From assembly GCA_964016885.1 (NCBI GenBank), contig OZ024741.1, forward strand, positions 49,414,001 to 49,478,000: a stretch of DNA of 64,000 bases. Reading direction: 5' to 3'. Shown here one piece after another: positions 26,368 through 40,854 of this stretch. A model generated the notes under the pieces. It was not told where the DNA came from. It made no database searches and worked only from the letters and a program-made list of their open reading frames with translations. Every line of letters starts with the position of its first letter. Position 1 is the first letter of the stretch. The position numbers and the translations under genes are program-made. This DNA comes from Eledone cirrhosa. Lineage: Eukaryota.

Positions 26368-29300
26368 AATAGATAGATAGGGGAGTGTAGTATGTCCGAA
26401 TAGATATACCATTCGCATAGATAAGAGCCATGCGGTTCCCACCCACCCGCTAGAAGGCGTGCTTGAGGACTCTATCCCCACGACTCTTCAAAGAATAAGT
26501 GGTTGAAGAAGAGTGTATGAAGTATTTGTTACGATTATTTTTATATATTTTATGAGTCTTTTAAACACAATTTACAATATGAACGCATTTGACACAAATG
26601 TAAAGTAGTTTTTTGTCCACGGGCCAAACACCGCTCCACCCTTGGCCCTGAGCCCATCAATCTCTCCCCTTCCATCTCCCTTTCTTCTGTGACCCAAACC
26701 TTCTTGCTTTTTATGATACTTATAGTCCTTTCCTCTACTTTCCTACACAGCCAGATCTGTCCTTTTTTACCCCTTCCTCTTTTTCTCATTGCTTAATTAT
26801 GTTTCTATCTTTCTTGTTCATAGTTCCACCATGTATAGCTTCATTTTTATTTGAAACACAGAATTAGATTTAGAACTGTAAAAAATTAGATTTAGACCTA
26901 CACAAAAAGGGGTCAACTGTGCGCTAAAATGATCATTGACTTAATCCATCACCTGATTTAACATTTATCACCATTAGCAGGACCCGTTGCAATCATTCTG
27001 GCCAGATTTCCAGTCTGAAATTAACCTTCTGTCACCAATGGGTGCTGCCTTTCTCCCTTTAACTACCTATTATACTCGAATATAAGTCGATCCGAATATA
27101 ACCCATTCACCCCACTTTCCTATTTTATGTCTGAGAAATGGGCAAAAATCCAAACCCCGTTTATAAGCTGGGGCAGCTAATCACATTATTTTTAGATTAG
27201 CGTATATAACAGACCTATCAACACTCCCCATCTGACGGGGAGATCTACCACTCACTTTGGGGTGGGTGAGAGATGTCTTCTCTCCATTTTGGGGCACTTT
27301 TTTTCATAGTACTCCCCGTTTGGGTTTTTAGAGGTTGGCAGGTCTGATACAGGCCGTCCGACCCTTCCACCTCCGTTAATTTATCATCGATTTTTTTTTG
27401 GTCATATATTCCTCGGCCTATTTTCGCGTATATACGATAAGTCATTAAAAAAAACCTAACGTTTGTTATTTGTGATTCTCAACCGAAGTGTACGTTTGTT
27501 CCTCCTTCACAAAATCCGTAAACCTAAGTTATATTGACCAGTTTGTGTGTCAAATGAATATTCACATAGAAGCCTGATGCAAGTTTAATGTTATATTTCA
27601 GGTTCTACAATAAACCGTTAAGTGTTATATCTGTAATCTATTCCTCTCTTCCTTACACTTATAAATTCAATTGTTTTCTTCTGCTGTGCTTTGATTTATC
27701 TACACTTACACACACACACCTCATACACACACACCTCATACACACACACACACTTCACACACACACACTCACACACACACCTCATACACACACACACACA
27801 CACACTTCATACACACACACTCTCTCTCACACACACACACCTCATACACACACACACCTCATACACATACACCTCATACACATACACTGCATACACACAC
27901 ACTCTCTCTCTCACACACACACTTCATACACACACACACACACACACATACATAGAATACTCCCACACATTCACAAACAATTTGGTATGTGGAGAAAGAA
28001 TCATTTAGACAACGTGACACGTGCACATTATCTATATCGTAAATAATAGTCCATACCATTAAACTATGTAGCTAGAATAAAAGACGGTGACTCTGCTAGA
28101 TATTTCTGATGTTCCCCTATCTTGCTACTGTTCGTCTATCACCAACAAATCTATAGAATTAGATGCCGACACTGAAACTTGAATCCGTTGACATAAAAAT
28201 TTTGATTTACGCCATTCAGGCATTGCTAACGTGTATGGTTATTATATTCTGCAGTCACTAGATTTCATTGACTAAAATAGTGATAAAACATATGAGGCGC
28301 GTCAAGTATAAAGTTACTTGCTTTTATATCAAAGTGCCACCACAGCAAAATAATTCACCAATATATACATTTTTATCAATCTCTTATTATTTAAAGTTAT
28401 TGGAGCGGTGGATTGGCAGTAATCGGTAGAGCGTCAGACACAATTGAAGCTAAGATTTGCAAACATCTAGATGTTTGTAATATCTATACGTACAACCAGA
28501 AGGTGGTGAATTGGCAGAATCGTTAGAACGTTGGATACAATGTTTTGTGGTTTTCATACCGGCTTTCTGCTCTCCGAGTTCAAATCCTGCCGAAGTTAAC
28601 TTTGTCTTTCATCCATTCGAGGTCAATAATAAATGTACCAGTCAAATACTGGGGTCGATTATTTCTCTGTGTCTCTTTCTCACTTCCATTCTCTCACCCT
28701 CTCTATCCTTCTCTGGAAGAAATCTGCTGTATTCAGACCTGGAGAAGAGATGGGCTCCGCTAAGCTTTAAAATGTCCTAGAAACTCAGTGTGCTACTACA
28801 GCGGTCCTACAACTCCACCAGCAGTTACGGGACCCTTCATGCATATCTAGGATTATATTGCTCAATGTTCTTTTGCTTTGAAAATAATTGGTTTCTATTT
28901 CTAGCAAGTTGATTGACTGCGGTAATCTCCCTCATTGATGATTTCCTTATAATGATTTCCGAATAATAATACAAGAGAACACACAGAAAAAAAAGAATTG
29001 TATTAAGTTCTTGCTGATGAGATAACATTCTAGAGTATATGTGTTTGTATGAACCAGCTGCATGTATTTATGGGTATGTTTGCGTGTTGTTGTTGTTGCT
29101 ACTTAGCTGCAAGCCAGCCTTGATATAGGCGACCTATGATGAAAAAGATTCTGGCCGTGACTATATTCTTCTTTTAAGGGTATCTAAATCTACGTCATTT
29201 AATGCGTCCTTCCATGTTTTTAAAACATAGCTGTGTGTGATTTGAGGGAAATTTGGGAGGTATTTTTAGAACATCCAGCGAATACTCAGAGATTCCTTTT

Positions 29301-29410
29301 TCTCGTTTTTGCCATTCAGGAACAATTTGTGGGTGACATACTCTGAAGTGATCTTTGGTTATCGAGGGGCAATTTTGAGATTACCATTGGGCTTGCTGTT
29401 TTTTGACAAA

Positions 29411-29560
29411 TCTATAGAGTCAATACATCTGTAGAGTCAATAGATCTGTAGAGTCAATACATCTGTAGAGTCAATACATCTGTAGAGTCAATATATCTGT
29501 ATAATCAATAGATCTGTAGAGTCAATACATCTGTAAAGTCACTAGATCTGTAGAGTCAAT
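29411..29560. repeat. 17-bp minisatellite TCTGTAGAGTCAATACA, ~9 copies
   Basis: Direct reading. Confidence 0.9.
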
Positions 29561-29589
29561 GAGTACGTTCCATGTCTTTTAGAACATCT

Positions 29590-29857
29590 CCAATTCAAGA
29601 GCTAACTCTAACAAATATCGGTCGCTCTCGGACAGGTTTGTAGTCGAGCGCGTAGCTTTTGGTGTCCTTGGCCCTAGGGCCACCTCCCTACTCACCACCA
29701 TCGGCATAGAGCTGGCTACCCGTAGGTGTGAGCCTCGCGAGCTGGAATGGCTCTTCCAGCGCATCACCTTCACCATCATCCGGAGAAACGCCTTCTCTAT
29801 TCTGTCCGCCGGGGCCGCGGGGCGGCCAGCGCGTGGGCCCCCATTTGATCATAATAA
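29590..29857 (+). mobile_element. CRE-clade non-LTR retrotransposon 3' end (restriction-like endonuclease C-terminus)
   Basis: Hand translation KYRSLSDRF..FGVLGPRA..LTTIG..EPRELEWLFQRITFTIIRRNAFSIL resembles the QR.S.A.QRGNA motif; short TAA tail; not in the ORF track. Confidence 0.65.
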
Positions 29858-30046
29858 TTGTGTCTACTTTTGGCACAAGGCCAGCAATTGCTCCAGTGCA
29901 TTACTGGTACTTTATTTTATCGACCCCGTAAGGATGAAAGGCAGAGTTAACCTCGGCGGTATTTGAACTCAGTCCGTAAAGGGAAATAACTCTATGCTGC
30001 AAAGCAAAGCGTCCGACTCTCTCCCGATACTGCCAATCCACTGCCC
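29858..30046 (-). mobile_element. MetaSINE-like SINE
   Basis: Full head, core and tail. Confidence 0.85.
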
Positions 30047-30365
30047 TAGCCAAGCTCATAATAATGAGAGATAGGGAGAGGGGGAGAGGAGGAGGAAGTG
30101 ACAGTGAGAGTTTGGTTCCTCTGTGTTTGGACCTGGTGTATATGTGTGTGTGACTAATTTATTTGTCTGGTTTTTCTATACATAAACAATAAACAGCAAC
30201 TTTACTCTAACAGTTCAGCTGCAATTAATATGATTATGAAAGTAAGAATCTCTTCCCATCAGCTTTCAATTATAGGCATATGAATGTCATATATTTTATA
30301 TTAATGGGGATATTTTACAACAGTATTATTGGAAAACCAGAGTCCTAAAGTAGAAACAATTATTG

Positions 30366-30416
30366 GAAATCCATTGGGGTTTCCCCGCATAGGTTCGGGT
30401 CCTATTAGCGACACCA
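30366..30416 (+). pseudogene. tRNA-Ser-like 3' half
   Basis: GAAATCCAT-TGGGGTTTCCCCGC (long variable arm)-ATAGGTTCGGGTCCTAT (decayed T arm)-...ACCA. Confidence 0.6.
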
Positions 30417-30604
30417 TTGTGGTGTCTTGTTTATTTCCTTAAATCATATGTGTAAGTAATTAATCAAGGAACAGTAAATTACAAGTTTGTATTTCTACGC
30501 AATTTTATCCAACGGGTTCGAAGTACAACTCTGACAGTTCTGGCGGTTTCAGGAGTACGCAATTCTTTCTGAATTACATTCAGTGTTATTATTGTTACAT
30601 CCTA

Positions 30605-30790
30605 GGGCGATGGATTGGCAGTATGAGTAGAGAGTCGGACGCCATGCTTTCCAGCATAGTTACGTCCCTTTACGATCTGAGTTCAAATCCCGCCGAAGTT
30701 AGCTTTGCCTTTCATTCTTATGGAGTCGATAAAATAAAGTACCAGTAATGTACTGGGTAATTGCTGGCCTTGTGCCAAATGTAGAAACAA
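30605..30790 (+). mobile_element. MetaSINE-like SINE with TSD
   Basis: TSD ATTATTGTTA(C/T)ATCCT. Confidence 0.88.
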
Positions 30791-30978
30791 TTATTGTTAT
30801 ATCCTTGCTTCAGTTCTACAGTTTATTGAGCTTCATTGTGTCGAATGAGAAATGTGTAATTTATCTTTGTTCAATTACCTACGGATATAATTTAAGGAAA
30901 TAAGCAAGACACTACAACAGTCATTAATTGCACTGACTACGTACCTATAAAAAGTTATGTTGTCCTGAAAATTAGACC

Positions 30979-31286
30979 TACGAGGGTTGGCTGAAATGTT
31001 CATGGGCAGACTATGAAAGAATGATGCTAAAACTGCAGACTTGTCGGCTTTCCCCGTTTTGCCTCATTTCTCCCTATTTTCTAGCACTTTTTTTTCATGG
31101 TACTCCCCGTTTGGGTTTTTAGATGTTGGCATGTCTGCAGCTGTGAAATCTTGCATGCATCAATTTCAACTCTTCTTATTAATAACTGTTTTTTTTTTTC
31201 AGGTACTATGGTGAGAAATAAACATCATTTGGTCATTCCATGAGAGTATCTTGGTCAGCCGATGAACTTTTCAGTGGATAACCGTA
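30979..31286. mobile_element. Mariner-type MITE with nested CAGACCTG MITE
   Basis: TA-CGAGGGTTGGCTGAAA TIR; matches 35881-36098. Confidence 0.75.
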
Positions 31287-32378
31287 CATTTCATCTACAC
31301 ACAAACATTCTGTAGTTCACAATTTTGCTCCATTAATTTGTCATAATTCTCTCATTGTTAATATGAGGATTTCCATGAATCAACCAAAGATTTGAACATA
31401 GTTTCAAATCCAATATTTGACAAAATAAATAACTATTTTAGACAAAAAGATGCATTTGTTTTCTCTGTTCTCTTTTGTCAGCCTTTTCACCAAAGAAGTT
31501 TTTTTTTCAAAACTAAAACAACGGAAGACCATGCACAATTGAATCAATGAAGCCATGTTTTACATAAATAAACATTTTTTTTATTAGCTATGGGTTTATT
31601 ACATCAACTATATTTTACAAACAGAAGTTAGAAAATGGTGGAAATTTTAACAAAAGATAAAAACAAAATTAAGTAATGAAAAAACAAGGGGTAAAGAGAA
31701 AAGGAGGGCAGATCTGGCTATATAGGAAAGTAGAGGAAAGGCCTATAAATGCCATAAATGTGAAGAAACTGAGGCAGCGGGAGAGGGGGAGGGGAGAGGG
31801 CAATAGACCCTGTACCTAGGTTGGGGCGGTGTTTCGGCTGCACACTGCGGACAAAACTGCAAAGGAATTTACGCGGACAAGGGCCAACGACACCAATTGC
31901 AACAGCCACCCCACCTCACAGAGTTCCTTCCTCAGACAGGCTGCTGTGAAATAACTTCCAGGACATTTCTTGTATCCGATCTTTCATAACGAAAGATCAT
32001 GTTTTCTTATATAAACCAATAAAGAGAGAGAGACCAAAGAAGAGAGAGAGGGAGAAGGAGGGCGGGGTGATGATTGTGAGAGAGAGAAAGTTTGAGAAAG
32101 AGATGGTGTGAGAGAGTGTGTGAGAGAGAGAGTGGGAAAAAGAGGTTGAGAGAGAGAAAAAAAGAGAGATTCAGTGAGAGAGAGAAAAAAATAGAGATTG
32201 AAAGAGAGAGTGGGAGAGAGATATTAGGTGAGGGAGAGTGAGAGAGAGAGTGAGAGACAGAGATTGAGTAAGAGAGAGAGGAAGAGATCGAATGAGCGAG
32301 AGGGGAGAGAGAATAGAATAGACATAAGGAGTTCACGTAAGAGCAAAAGCAGATACAGAAAAACAGACAAAAGACAGA

Positions 32379-32467
<89 letters not shown>

Positions 32468-32905
32468 ACAGACACACAGACACACACCCACCCACACGCA
32501 CGCGCACATACACACATACACAAACACACACACACACGCACATACACACACACACACACATACAGACACACATAACACACATACACACACACATATATAT
32601 ACACACACACACACACAGGCACACGTACACACACATACACGCATACACACATAAACACACACAAACATACACACATACACACACACACACACATATATAT
32701 ATATTCACACACACACACTTATCTAATCGCGACAGGCGAGATAATGAAAGTGTTTAGAATGAACAAGGTTGTGAGATATTGATAAAGAATGGAAAACAAA
32801 GGCGTAATAGAATTAAACAAATGGCAGGAGAGTGGGGAATGAAAACTGAAAAAGAATATTACATATATATATATATATATATATGTATATGTATATATAT
32901 ATATG

Positions 32906-32973
<68 letters not shown>

Positions 32974-33004
32974 GTATATGTATATATTATGTACGTAATA
33001 TATA

Positions 33005-33069
<65 letters not shown>

Positions 33070-33102
33070 GTGTATATGTATATATTATGTACGTAATATA
33101 TA

Positions 33103-33159
<57 letters not shown>

Positions 33160-33190
33160 GTATATGTATATATTATGTACGTAATATATA

Positions 33191-33243
<53 letters not shown>

Positions 33244-33276
33244 GTGTATATGTATATATTATGTACGTAATATATA

Positions 33277-33323
<47 letters not shown>

Positions 33324-34211
33324 GTATATATATGTATATGTATATATTATGTACGTAATATATATGAATATATATATATATATATATATAAAGTTAAAAC
33401 AAAAGACAAAAAACAATAACGAAGAGTGCAGTACAAACAGTGTTAGTATTATACATATATATATATATAGAGAGAGAGAGGGGGGGGGGGAGAGATAGAT
33501 AGATTACACATACACTGTTACAGATGTTACGCGTGCTCATGTATGTATTTGTGCTACAGAGACACGCTCGATATGAATAAAATACTTCATAATTCAATAG
33601 AGAAAGTGAGGAGTGCGAAGGAACGGGCTACACACCCCAGCCCGAGGGGCATACTTCGGCTGCGCCCCGCAGACAAGGTGTCGTAGCACCTGGCGTCACA
33701 GATTAGGGATTTATCTCCCTCGAATGGGAGGAGAGTTCTTCTGTCGAGGTGCTTACCATCGTTGTCTTCGCTGCCAGCTAACTTCAGTTGTGAAGTGAAG
33801 CCGACCGCGTTGAGGCTCCTTCAAATTATGTCGTTCAGAGCGGCGCAAACAGTTCTTCAGAAGGTAGAGCGCCGGGTAGTTAATTATTGTGTATTAAAGA
33901 AGAACACGGGATTAAGTGAAAGTGAAAACAGTTTTAATTCATTTGAAACTATCATTGAACATATTTTATTTTTCTTTGAAATACTTTAATTTTTCAAGGA
34001 CTTACAAAAAACAGTAAAAATATCAATGTTATACTGCAACAATATGGTTTGGTATATTTTCAGCCATGAAGTGTTGAAATGGCATTCCTCCGAAAAGTCT
34101 TTGGAGTAACGTTACTCGATAAAGTGCATAGCTCTGAGACCACAGAGTCACTCCATGTAGAGCTACTACTTCTCTGAATTTAGAGATCACAGCTCCTATA
34201 CTAGAGACATG

Positions 34212-34452
34212 TGGTTAGAATGTCTCAGGAAAGAATCGCTGGACAGATTTTACGGGCAAACCAATCAGCAGGAGACCAGGGGTAGACCCCGAGCAAGATG
34301 GTTGGATAACATCCATGAGCTTGGCTGGTGACGCTTGGGGATCCAGCTGGATCAGTTGGAGACGGCTGCTTCTGACAGTACCTGCTGTAAGGAGTGTTTG
34401 AAGACTCTTCCCCCACAACCCTATCAGGAATAAGTGGACGAAGAAAAAGAAG
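34212..34452 (+). mobile_element. RTE-like LINE 3' end with GAA tail; second copy 35581-35806 (-)
   Basis: RMSQERIA..GRPRARWLDNI; two homologous copies. Confidence 0.7.
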
Positions 34453-35087
34453 CGTTGACAGTCTGGTTAGAATGTTGGATAGAATGCTTTGTGCTATTCG
34501 TTGCGGCTCCCTACCCTCTGAATTCAAACCATGCTAACGTCAACTTTGCCTTTAATCCTTTCGAGATTGATAAATAAAATACCACTCCAATATTTCTTCC
34601 TCTATATCTTTTTCTTTTCTCACCCCCCCCCTCTCTCTCTTGCGCGCGGTCGTTCTCCCACATCCTTTTTTTCTGGAAGAAGTCGGCTGTGTCCAGGCCT
34701 GGAAAGGGATAAGCTCCCCAAATTTTAAATGCCCATTATACCACTACAATGCACCTCCATCCCAATCAGGAGTTACGGGTAGGTCTATCCATATACTTTC
34801 AACCAACTATTTTCAGTAAATTAAGATTATCTTAGCCTAAAACTGCAATATCTCTTTTAAAGCAGAAATTGATGAAGCATCATAAACTGCGACTTCCTTC
34901 TTATTTTTATGATTCCGTGCATTTTTCTAAAAGGTTCAGATCAGTAGGTAATTCTGGCCATTTTCTCAAAAGCGTAATACCGTTAGTTTTAACTAGTCTT
35001 TCAAACAGTTAGCAGAATGGCAAGGCGCGCCATTTTGTTGTAATATAAAGCAATTATTGATGATATGAGTAAGAAACTTATATAGTA

Positions 35088-35258
35088 AAACACACTCACT
35101 GTTTGGTTTTCGCTTCAGTATATCTTTATATTTCTATAAAGCTGGCAATCAATGTTTATCATTGATTGCCGAAAAGTTAAAAAAAAAAAAAAATATATAA
35201 ATATAGTTTTTCAAAGTTCTTTTGTCTCACATATTTACAGAAAACAGTGTCTTTCAAT
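35088..35258 (-). mobile_element. Old, internally deleted relic of the 3972-8746 PLE family
   Basis: Matches 4280-4440 and then 8277-8297. Confidence 0.6.
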
Positions 35259-35547
35259 TAAGAAATTCGTTTTCAGAATATCCAGGTTAAGTTTTAGAGT
35301 TTAAGATGGTCTTTTGAGGTATATCCAAATACCAGTTCTTCTTCTTTCATAAAATTTCCACCCTATATCATAATGTACAGGTATTGCTTGACTCCTGCAA
35401 ATATATCCCTGGGATTGTATAGTCTCGTTGATGGATGACGACCAAAAATGACATTAGACGGGAAATTGCTGAATTCTTCTTAATTCAGTTTTTACGATCT
35501 CCTCAAAATTGTAGACAATCCTGTATATTTTACCATGATAAATTGCG

Positions 35548-35582
<35 letters not shown>

Positions 35583-35880
35583 CTTCTTCTTCTTCTTCTT
35601 CTTCTTCTTCTTCTTCTTCTTCTTCTTTTTCTTCGCCAACTCATTCCTGAGAAGGTTGTGGGAGCAGAGACCTCAAACACTCCTTCCAGTCGGTCCTGTC
35701 AGAAGCAACCATCTCCAACTGATCCGGCATGATCCCCAAGCGAGACCAGCCAAGCTCATGGATGTTATCCAACTATCTTGCTCAGGGTCTACCCCTGGGT
35801 CTCCTGCTGTTGTTGTTACATTTTCACTGGACGTCTTCGAAATAGATTGAATTACGTCTGCTATAGACGCCTTATTGCCT

Positions 35881-36098
35881 TATGAGGGTCGGCTGAAAAG
35901 TTCATAGGATGACTGTGACGAATTGATGTTAGAGCTGTGAAATCTTGCATGCATTAATTTCAACTTTTCTTATTAATAACTGCATTGTTTCTTTCCAGGG
36001 ACTATGTTGAAAAATAAATCTCATTTGGTCATTTCATGAGAGTATCTTGGTCAGCTTATGAACATTTCGGCCCATGAACTTTTCAGCCAACCCTTGTA
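35881..36098. mobile_element. Mariner-type MITE
   Basis: TIRs GAGGGTCGGCTGAAAAGTTCAT / ATGAACTTTTCAGCCAACCCTT, TA at both ends. Confidence 0.8.
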
Positions 36099-37168
36099 CT
36101 ACTGTCTTTTGTTGTTGTTGTTAACTGCGTTAATATTGTAGAACAAGATGTAAATGACTCAACAGAAAGCCGTTGCACGAGGAGTATATGATTAGTTTGC
36201 AGTTGTGGCAAGACCTCTTCCTGATCCACCCGATCTCTGCCTGATCCACCTGACCTCTGACATCCAGCAGACCTGCCAACCCTTTAAAACCCAAACGGGA
36301 AGTACCATGAAAAAAGTTGCCCTAAAATGGGGAAAAATAAGGCAAAATGGGGAGGTTTTACACAATGAAAGCTATACCCATTTTCACAAGAGAAGACATC
36401 TCTCACCCACCCCAAAGTGAGTGAAAGATCTCCCCGTCGGACGCGGAGAGGTGACAGGTCTGCATCCAGACAAAACTGTCTGGATATCAACCACAAATAC
36501 ATTTGGCTGAATTGATATCTACCTAATCTACCTGTTCTAAAGTTTGTCTCGCTCCCGAAGGATCCTCAGGCAGTTGCTTATCCCGGTTTCTGAGAGTACA
36601 AAACCTTCTTTTCACCTGGACTGGACGCTAATCCATCGTAGGGTTAACCCCCTTCCTCAGTTACTGGTGGTACTAATTTTTAGCTGAGTATACGGGAGCA
36701 ACGTGAAATGAAGTGTTTTGCTAAAGAACACAACACGCTACCCAGTCCAGGAATAGAACCTACGGCATTATGATCATAAGTTCAGCACACCTACCACTAG
36801 GCTACGCACCTCCACACGTTTTAGATAACACATCGATAAATTCGTAAGGCGTTGTTGTACCTTACATTATATGAAACGTCAAAAAGACGAAACTATGAAA
36901 TAGTATTTCATCATTCATACATCATAGCACGTAAATTACATTGTATCTTTACATAGTAATATATTTTGAAAAATGTAAATTTCATGGACTTCTCTCTCTC
37001 TCCCTCTCTCCCTCTCTCTCTTTTAGTGTGTGTGTATGTACTATATATATACATATACATATATATTGCAAGAGATGTCAACGTGAATGGGCCTGTTATT
37101 TTTATCTAAAGACATATTTTCCAATTCCAACCCACCCGTCCCCTCAATCTATCTTATTTCTCATTCTT

Positions 37169-37204
37169 TCTTCTGATGAAGGACTAGCGTCCGAAACGTT
37201 AAGA
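37169..37204 (+). ncRNA. Minimal type I HHR
   Basis: TCTT-CTGATGA-a-GGACtagcGTCC-GAAA-cg-T-T-AAGA; palindromic AACGTT. Confidence 0.75.
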
Positions 37205-37285
37205 CCCTCTTCCTGCCATTTCAAGCGTTAACCTAGTAAATCCCTTCCATATCTTGTACCGATTGTGTTGTTATTTCTGTTTACC

Positions 37286-37363
<78 letters not shown>

Positions 37364-37384
37364 ATATATATATGTGTGTGTGTT

Positions 37385-37450
<66 letters not shown>

Positions 37451-37583
37451 TAAAGTTATATCTGTATAAATACAGAGTATTTAACCGAGACTGCAACAAT
37501 AAATATAGACATCTTTTTTCAGATGTAGACATGTAAACATGCCAGAAAATACGAATTTCCCCGTAAATTGAAATAATGACAAA

Positions 37584-37630
37584 CACATTTAATCGATTTT
37601 TGGATCTATTTGGACCCTCGTCAGAAGGTG
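37584..37630 (-). ncRNA. Degenerate HHR (G12A)
   Basis: CACCTT-CTGACGA-GGGTC..GATCC-AAAA-ATCGAT-T-A-AATGTG. Confidence 0.5.
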
Positions 37631-37682
37631 GGTATACTATCCAATCAAACACAAAGAAACATGTATTTGATGGGTATATATA

Positions 37683-37894
37683 TAGGCGCGTGGCTGAGTG
37701 GTAAGAGAATTGAACTCTCAATCGTGAGGTTGTGAGTTCGATTCCTGGACCGAGCGATGCGTTATGTCCTTGGGCAAGACACTTTATTTCACATTGCTCC
37801 TTCTACCTGGAGTTGCGACCGATAGATAGTATTAGCAATTGGAAAGACCAATGGAAACATTGTTTCCTCGGTCCGATTTGACGAAAGTCAATCG
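37683..37894 (+). mobile_element. CORE-type SINE head with a distinct structured tail; second copy 44160-44360
   Basis: A/B boxes, core, and an almost identical ~95-nt tail in both copies. Confidence 0.75.
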
Positions 37895-38143
37895 ACTGTC
37901 GTATATACACATTCACTCTTAGTATTATTCTGAAATATTTTATATAGTATATTACTAGACTGCCACTTCAAAATATTTTTTGAAAATCATGTTCACTTAA
38001 AAATCATTTTTAAATAATCAATATATACACATACATGTATATAATGTGAAATGAAACTGGAAGGCCCATATATATACGTGTGTGTATACGTGTGTATATA
38101 CACACGTATATATATATATAAATGTGTGTGTTTGTATACATAC

Positions 38144-38181
<38 letters not shown>

Positions 38182-38799
38182 CTGTGTATATATGTGGGGG
38201 TGTCTGTGATCTATATGCACTGGTCATAGACACACACACATATGCACACACACATATATATATACACAACAACACCACCAACTCTCTTCCATTCTCCTCT
38301 CCCTCCTCTCCCTCTCTCTATGTCTCTCTTTCAATCCACTCTCTCACAACCACTATCTCTTCCTCTCTATCTTACTCTCACTTTGTTTATGAAAGTACCC
38401 AGAAAAAACCCATATCTCGGGAACCCTTGGTCTGATTTACGCGAAACTTGTTTTATTCCATTTGTATTCCCATTCCAGGGACAACTTCTTTCAAAGTATT
38501 TTCCCATTATGCGCCTTTTTGACTGTATTACATTACAGACAAGCAAGCAAGCAATCACAGACTTTTAGTAATATATAGATAGATATATAATATATTAAGG
38601 TTAAATAGTGAGTCTTATTACTATGAAGTTTCGCTTGTCACCCCTCTCACCAAATGCATCCCGTGGGATTTTTCTATAACCTATCATACATTTAACCGAA
38701 AGGTCCTTTAGCTTTCAAAACCCCCGTCGTCATATTTTTCTGCGTATCTTGTTCTGTCTTGTGCTTATTTTGATGTCACTAATAACTAGCTTGTCTTGC

Positions 38800-39935
38800 G
38801 CGATGGGAAGGCTTGAGTATTTATTACAGTCCGTTTATATCTTTGTCTTACGAGTAAGTAATCAATTTGACTTTTGTGTTCACCTGATTGATATAAGATC
38901 AGGTGGCTGGCTGGTTTCCTGAAATTTGTGTTGCAAATGGTTAGTTTATTTGCATCACAGAATTGCAGGAGTCTCAGTCTCTCTTCATTTCTTGAGCCAT
39001 AACCATAGCCGCCGTGAACTCCACTGAAACCGACCTGATATTGCCCCACATGTCCATTGAAGTCGCCTGCAAGGCTGATGAGGTCACCTTTATCGGTATC
39101 TGAACTTGTCTTTAAAAGTTCCTCATTGAAGTTGTCTTTTTGTTCTTTACAGTCTTGCCTGTGGGGCATTCTTCTTGTGACGCTAAACTCCGTCAGTTGC
39201 AGACTGCGCATTAACATGTGATATCTCTCTTCACAAAGTTCGATCACCAGCAGCAGGGTTCAAAGAGCAAAGGTCAAGTCCAGTCCATAAGTTGACATTA
39301 TCAAACCATCTTTTTGGCTACCGGCCTCTGCTTCTCTTACCAGCCGACCTTCCTTCCAGGCATAACCTACTCACACCACGAGTTGATCTTTTCATATAGC
39401 CGTATTGTTTGAGTACTCTTGACTTGACAATTGATGTAATTGGTCTAAGTTTGGTAATGTTGAGCAGCTCACTGATACAGATTCGGTCGCTGAGCCGCTT
39501 GCCAGTCATAAGTCTCATGATGTGCTTCTGGAATGTAGAGAGCTTCTGAAGTGACCTTGTCGTCCAATTAACACAGTCAAGACCATATAACACTACTGGT
39601 AGGATGTAAGTATCAAAGATCTTAGACTTCAAATGGTAGGAAATTCGTTTTGATATTAGTACTTCCTTGTTCTTGTTGAAAGCTGCCCAACCTAGAGTGA
39701 TTCGATATTGCGCAGCAACCTTTCCATTGTAGGTGGATAGATGTAATTGTCACCATTCTATTTCCTACAGTTAATCTAAGGTTGGCGATTCTGTCACTCT
39801 ACTACTTCTATCACCTTATCTATCCATTTCTCAGTTAATAAGATGCCTACATATCCTACCCTATCGTCATTTACTATCCAGTAAAACTTGTATCGATGGT
39901 GTTTGCCTGTTAGAAGTCTCGCCGAGGCATCCCTT
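38800..39935 (-). mobile_element. RTE LINE APE-endonuclease fragment (38800-39165, 39760-39935) interrupted by the 3' end of another RTE-like LINE (39170-39745)
   Basis: GDFNGHVG, GSRNEE, CNTNFRK, SQIDYLL; YKFYW..GYVGILL; insert ILPVVLYGLD..GKRSRGR. Confidence 0.85.
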
Positions 39936-39950
39936 CATATATATAGATAA

Positions 39951-40251
<301 letters not shown>

Positions 40252-40438
40252 ACATATATATAATACATCCATTGTTCTTATTTTTTAGCAAATATTTTGT
40301 CAACCAAGTGTCTACATTTTTCAGGATTTTTCACTTTTCTTAGTGTATTTTTTAACTGTTTGGTCCACAGTTCTTTTGTGTCGTCCTCATCATACATATA
40401 AGTTTATGTATATTTATAAACCCCGGTACATATATATT

Positions 40439-40541
40439 TACAGGTGTCCCAGAAAATGTATACACACTTTGATTACCTGTACAGGCAATATTTATTAGAA
40501 TGCTATTGAAGTGTGTATAGATTTTTTGGCGACACACTGTG
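40439..40541. mobile_element. Small Tc1/mariner-like MITE
   Basis: CAGGTGTCCCAGAAAATGTATACACACTT / AAGTGTGTATAGATTTTTTGGCGACACACTG. Confidence 0.55.
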
Positions 40542-40854
40542 TATATATATATATATATATATATAACAAAGGAAATGTGGTAAGGAACCAGATGGACCAT
40601 AACGCACCAGAGTACTCAATACTTAGAGTAGTAGAGTATATATATACATACATTCATAGGGGCCCTGACTCTTTTCCTATATATATATATATATGGAAGA
40701 TGGCTCACTACCAGCCACACGGGTTTTATTTTCTCTTCTTTTTTCCATGCCTTCCCTTTTTTAACTCTCTCCAAAGCAATCTCTCTTCCCTGCTTTGTCC
40801 GACATTAAAACTATATCGAATCCTATAAAGCGTGATTTCATGTTCACTATAAAA

